Below, in pieces: positions 61,537-64,000 of a DNA stretch of 64,000 nt. The position numbers and the translations under genes are program-made. The stretch's first letter is position 1. The number at the start of each line of letters is the position of its first letter. The notes under the pieces are model-generated. The model saw nothing but the letters and a program-made list of their open reading frames with translations, ran no database searches and was not told the origin of the DNA. Source of the DNA: Escherichia coli (lineage in GTDB: Bacteria > Pseudomonadota > Gammaproteobacteria > Enterobacterales > Enterobacteriaceae); the NCBI RefSeq assembly GCF_013315695.1, contig NZ_CP054353.1. One strand, given 5' to 3'.

Positions 61537-62420
61537 TGTTTGCCGTACTGGGTGATATTGAGTTTGAGCTGATTACCTACTGGGACGGCTTCGAGGCCAC
61601 GTTCGGCGTCGATTATGCGGAGCATGCCCGCATCGGGGGTAAGCCTGGCCTGCAGTTCGTCGGCGACAGGCTGGACGAAATCCAGATAACTCTGGTTTTC
61701 CATCAGCATTATTGTGTACCCGATGTGGAGCTGGCGAGACTGCGAACAGCCATGAAAGCCCATCAGGCACTGGCGCTGGTCTTCGGCAACGGTGACTATC
61801 GCGGCTGGTTCGTGATTACCGATGTGACTGCAACCAGCGAGCAGACTGACAGTACCGGCAACGTGCTGGCTGTCAGTGCCACCGTGTCTCTCCGGGAATA
61901 CACCGGTGACCCGAAAAATCCTCTGCAACCACCGGCAATACGCACGAAGCTCCCGGGTGTCGGGGCGGTCTCCGGTGCCATTCCTTCGCCTTCAGGGGTG
62001 GCGCAGTTCATCCGCAACGGCGTCAACTATGCGAAACAGGCGCAGTCTGTACTCCAGACCACTATCAGCGCCGTTCGGGTGACACAGAAAATGAAGGATA
62101 ACCCCGTTGTCGCACTGACCCGTGTGCCGGGGCTGATGAGCGGACTGGGTAATATCTCCGGGGCTCTGGGGAAAAGTGTTCCGGCGTTTAACGCACTCTC
62201 TGAATCCATGCCCGATGCCATCAGTCTGGCCAGAACAGCCAGCGAAGCAGCCACGTATGTACAGCAGGCACAGTCTGCGCTGAGTGGTGTGGACAAAAGA
62301 AATATTGCAGGTGCTCTGGATACCGTTTCCGGGCAGCTTAACGCCGCCGGCACAGCATTCAACCGCATGTCTCCGGGATTAAGTGCAATGGCCACCAGAA
62401 TACTGACGAGGAGTGTGTGA
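61536..62420 (+). CDS. Tail protein (Mu N / P2 gpU-like, DNA circularisation protein family)
   Basis: 294 aa; position after tape measure. Confidence 0.6.
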   Translation: MFAVLGDIEFELITYWDGFEATFGVDYAEHARIGGKPGLQFVGDRLDEIQITLVFHQHYCVPDVELARLRTAMKAHQALALVFGNGDYRGWFVITDVTATSEQTDSTGNVLAVSATVSLREYTGDPKNPLQPPAIRTKLPGVGAVSGAIPSPSGVAQFIRNGVNYAKQAQSVLQTTISAVRVTQKMKDNPVVALTRVPGLMSGLGNISGALGKSVPAFNALSESMPDAISLARTASEAATYVQQAQSALSGVDKRNIAGALDTVSGQLNAAGTAFNRMSPGLSAMATRILTRSV

Positions 62421-62632
62421 TGTTTCTTGAACATATTACCCGTGACGGAGAGCGCTGGGATTCGCTGGCATGGCAGTACTACGGTGACCCGCTGGGCTAT
62501 CCCCGGATTATTGCAGCCAATCCGCACGTGGCCATCACGCCGGTGCTGCCCTCCGGGTTGTTGTTACTGATCCCGGTTATTGAGGCTGAAGATGCCCGTA
62601 CAGAAGAGGATATTGCCCCATGGCTGAGATAA
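62417..62632 (+). CDS. Tail protein X-like (LysM-like small tail protein)
   Basis: 71 aa; ...WDSLAWQYYGDP... motif typical of P2 gpX-like proteins. Confidence 0.65.
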   Translation: MMFLEHITRDGERWDSLAWQYYGDPLGYPRIIAANPHVAITPVLPSGLLLLIPVIEAEDARTEEDIAPWLR

Positions 62633-63774
62633 ACAGTACTGCGCAAGCCACATCAGCGTTAACCGGCGTCAGCGATGTGCTGACGCCGGTATTCACTCTG
62701 TGGTATCTGCAGAAAAACATCACCTCTGATATCGCGCCTTATGTCACCCGTGTGGTCTGGAGCGATAACATCAAAAATGAGTCCGATACCATTGAGGTGG
62801 AGCTGGACGACACCGATGGCCGCTGGCTGGATAAGTGGTATCCGGGCAAGGGTGACACGCTGACGCTGAAAATGGGTTATCAGGGCGAGAAACTGCTGTC
62901 CTGCGGTACATTCTCAATAGACGAGATCGAAGTGAGTTCGCCCGCGTCCGTTGTCGCTATCCGTGGGGTGGCCACCTCGGTTAACAGTGCTCTGCGGACT
63001 AAATCCAGCCGTGGTTTTGAGAACACCACGCTGGCAGCTGTTGCGGGGCGGATTGCCAGAAAGCACCGGCTGAAACTGGTGGGCAGCATTGAGTCCATCA
63101 GAATCGACCGGGTGACCCAGTATGCTGAAACCGACGTGGGTTTTCTGCGCCGGCTGGCCAGCGAGTATGGTTATGCAGTGAAAGTGGTCAGTGACCAGCT
63201 GATTTTTTCTCATCTGGCCACACTGCGCAGTCAGGAGCCGGTCAGGCAGTTAAAACCGCAGGATGTGGCCCGCTTTTCCCTGCGTGACACCATCAACCGG
63301 GTCTATAAATCTGCAAAGGTAAAACACCAGAAAAGCAGCAGTAAAAAACTGATCGTCTACGAAGCTGATGGTGGTACCCGTGAAAGCGACAAAAAGCTCA
63401 AAGGTGGTAAGGTTACCAGCGCTGACTCACTTAAAGTTAACAGCCGCGTCAGCGACCCGGACAGTGCCCGGATTAAAGCGGATTCAGCACTGGCCAGACA
63501 TAACGAATACCAGCAGAACGGCTCCCTGACGCTGACGGGAACACCTCAACTGACAGCAGGCAACAAAATTGAACTGGTGGGTTTTGGGCAGTTATCCGGG
63601 CCATGGCTCATAACCACTGCCCGCCATGCGTTTGACCGTAACAGCGGCTACACCACAGAGCTGGAAGTGGCACGGGGGCCAGTCACAAGAGGGAAAAAAC
63701 AAAAAACTCAGAAACTCACGGTTTATCACCCGGATGGCAGTACATCGACGGTGATTAAGGAGAAGAAAAAATGA
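62620..63774 (+). CDS. Tail/baseplate hub protein (P2 gpD / Mu P-like)
   Basis: 384 aa; position and similarity. Confidence 0.7.
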   Translation: MAEINSTAQATSALTGVSDVLTPVFTLWYLQKNITSDIAPYVTRVVWSDNIKNESDTIEVELDDTDGRWLDKWYPGKGDTLTLKMGYQGEKLLSCGTFSIDEIEVSSPASVVAIRGVATSVNSALRTKSSRGFENTTLAAVAGRIARKHRLKLVGSIESIRIDRVTQYAETDVGFLRRLASEYGYAVKVVSDQLIFSHLATLRSQEPVRQLKPQDVARFSLRDTINRVYKSAKVKHQKSSSKKLIVYEADGGTRESDKKLKGGKVTSADSLKVNSRVSDPDSARIKADSALARHNEYQQNGSLTLTGTPQLTAGNKIELVGFGQLSGPWLITTARHAFDRNSGYTTELEVARGPVTRGKKQKTQKLTVYHPDGSTSTVIKEKKK

Positions 63775-64000
63775 CTGGTGTCACTCGTCAGGTCGGTACG
63801 GTCAGTGCCGTTGATGCCGACAGGGTTCAGGCCCGCGTTCGTCTGCCTGAATGCGATAACCTGCGCACAAACTGGCTTAACGTGCTGCAGCGCAATATCC
63901 AGGATAACAAAGATTACTGGCTCCCTGACGTGGGGGAGCAGGTTGAGGTGCTGCTCGATGCCAACGGCGAGGATGGTGTTATTCTGGGCGCGGTGTATTC
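63771..64000 (+). CDS. Baseplate spike/assembly protein (P2 gpV / Mu gp45-like), 5' part only, runs off window
   Basis: ATG 63771; open frame to the window edge. Confidence 0.6.
   Translation, partial: MTGVTRQVGTVSAVDADRVQARVRLPECDNLRTNWLNVLQRNIQDNKDYWLPDVGEQVEVLLDANGEDGVILGAVY

Larger units (their letters stand above)
32590..64000. mobile_element. Mu-like (BcepMu-type) transposable prophage, left end plus at least 31 kb; continues beyond the window
   Basis: DDE transposase, AAA+ B, Gam, GemA, Mor, Mu-like head genes (terminase, portal, F, G, I protease/scaffold, T capsid) and contractile tail; interrupts dgcQ. Confidence 0.85.

Overview
The window has three parts. (1) 1-17286: the right arm of a lambda-like prophage, with major capsid E, FI/FII, tail genes Z-U-V-G/G-T-H-M-L-K-I-J, lom and a mosaic side tail fibre, ending at a 62-nt 3' fragment of a tRNA-Ser gene that marks the attachment site. 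(2) 17.3-32.6 kb: conserved E. coli chromosomal genes (zinT, msrQ, msrP, hiuH, hprR, hprS, hchA, yedS porin, yedR, yedJ, dcm, vsr, yedA, yedI, yodC) and the 5' part of dgcQ (yedQ). (3) 32.6-64 kb: a Mu-like (BcepMu-type) transposable prophage inserted into dgcQ and running off the window. Its early operon reads leftward (Ner/Cro-like, transposase A, AAA+ B, Gam, GemA, Mor), its lysis-head-tail late genes read rightward, and between them sits an immunity/cargo island. The most interesting candidate for an undescribed system is that island: a putative repressor translationally coupled to a 328-aa single-pass membrane protein that shares a short Gly/Val motif with the repressor, followed by a glycine-zipper membrane protein and a convergent small P-loop NTPase. 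All protein identifications rest on my recognition of the ORF translations against remembered phage and E. coli proteins; no database search was run.
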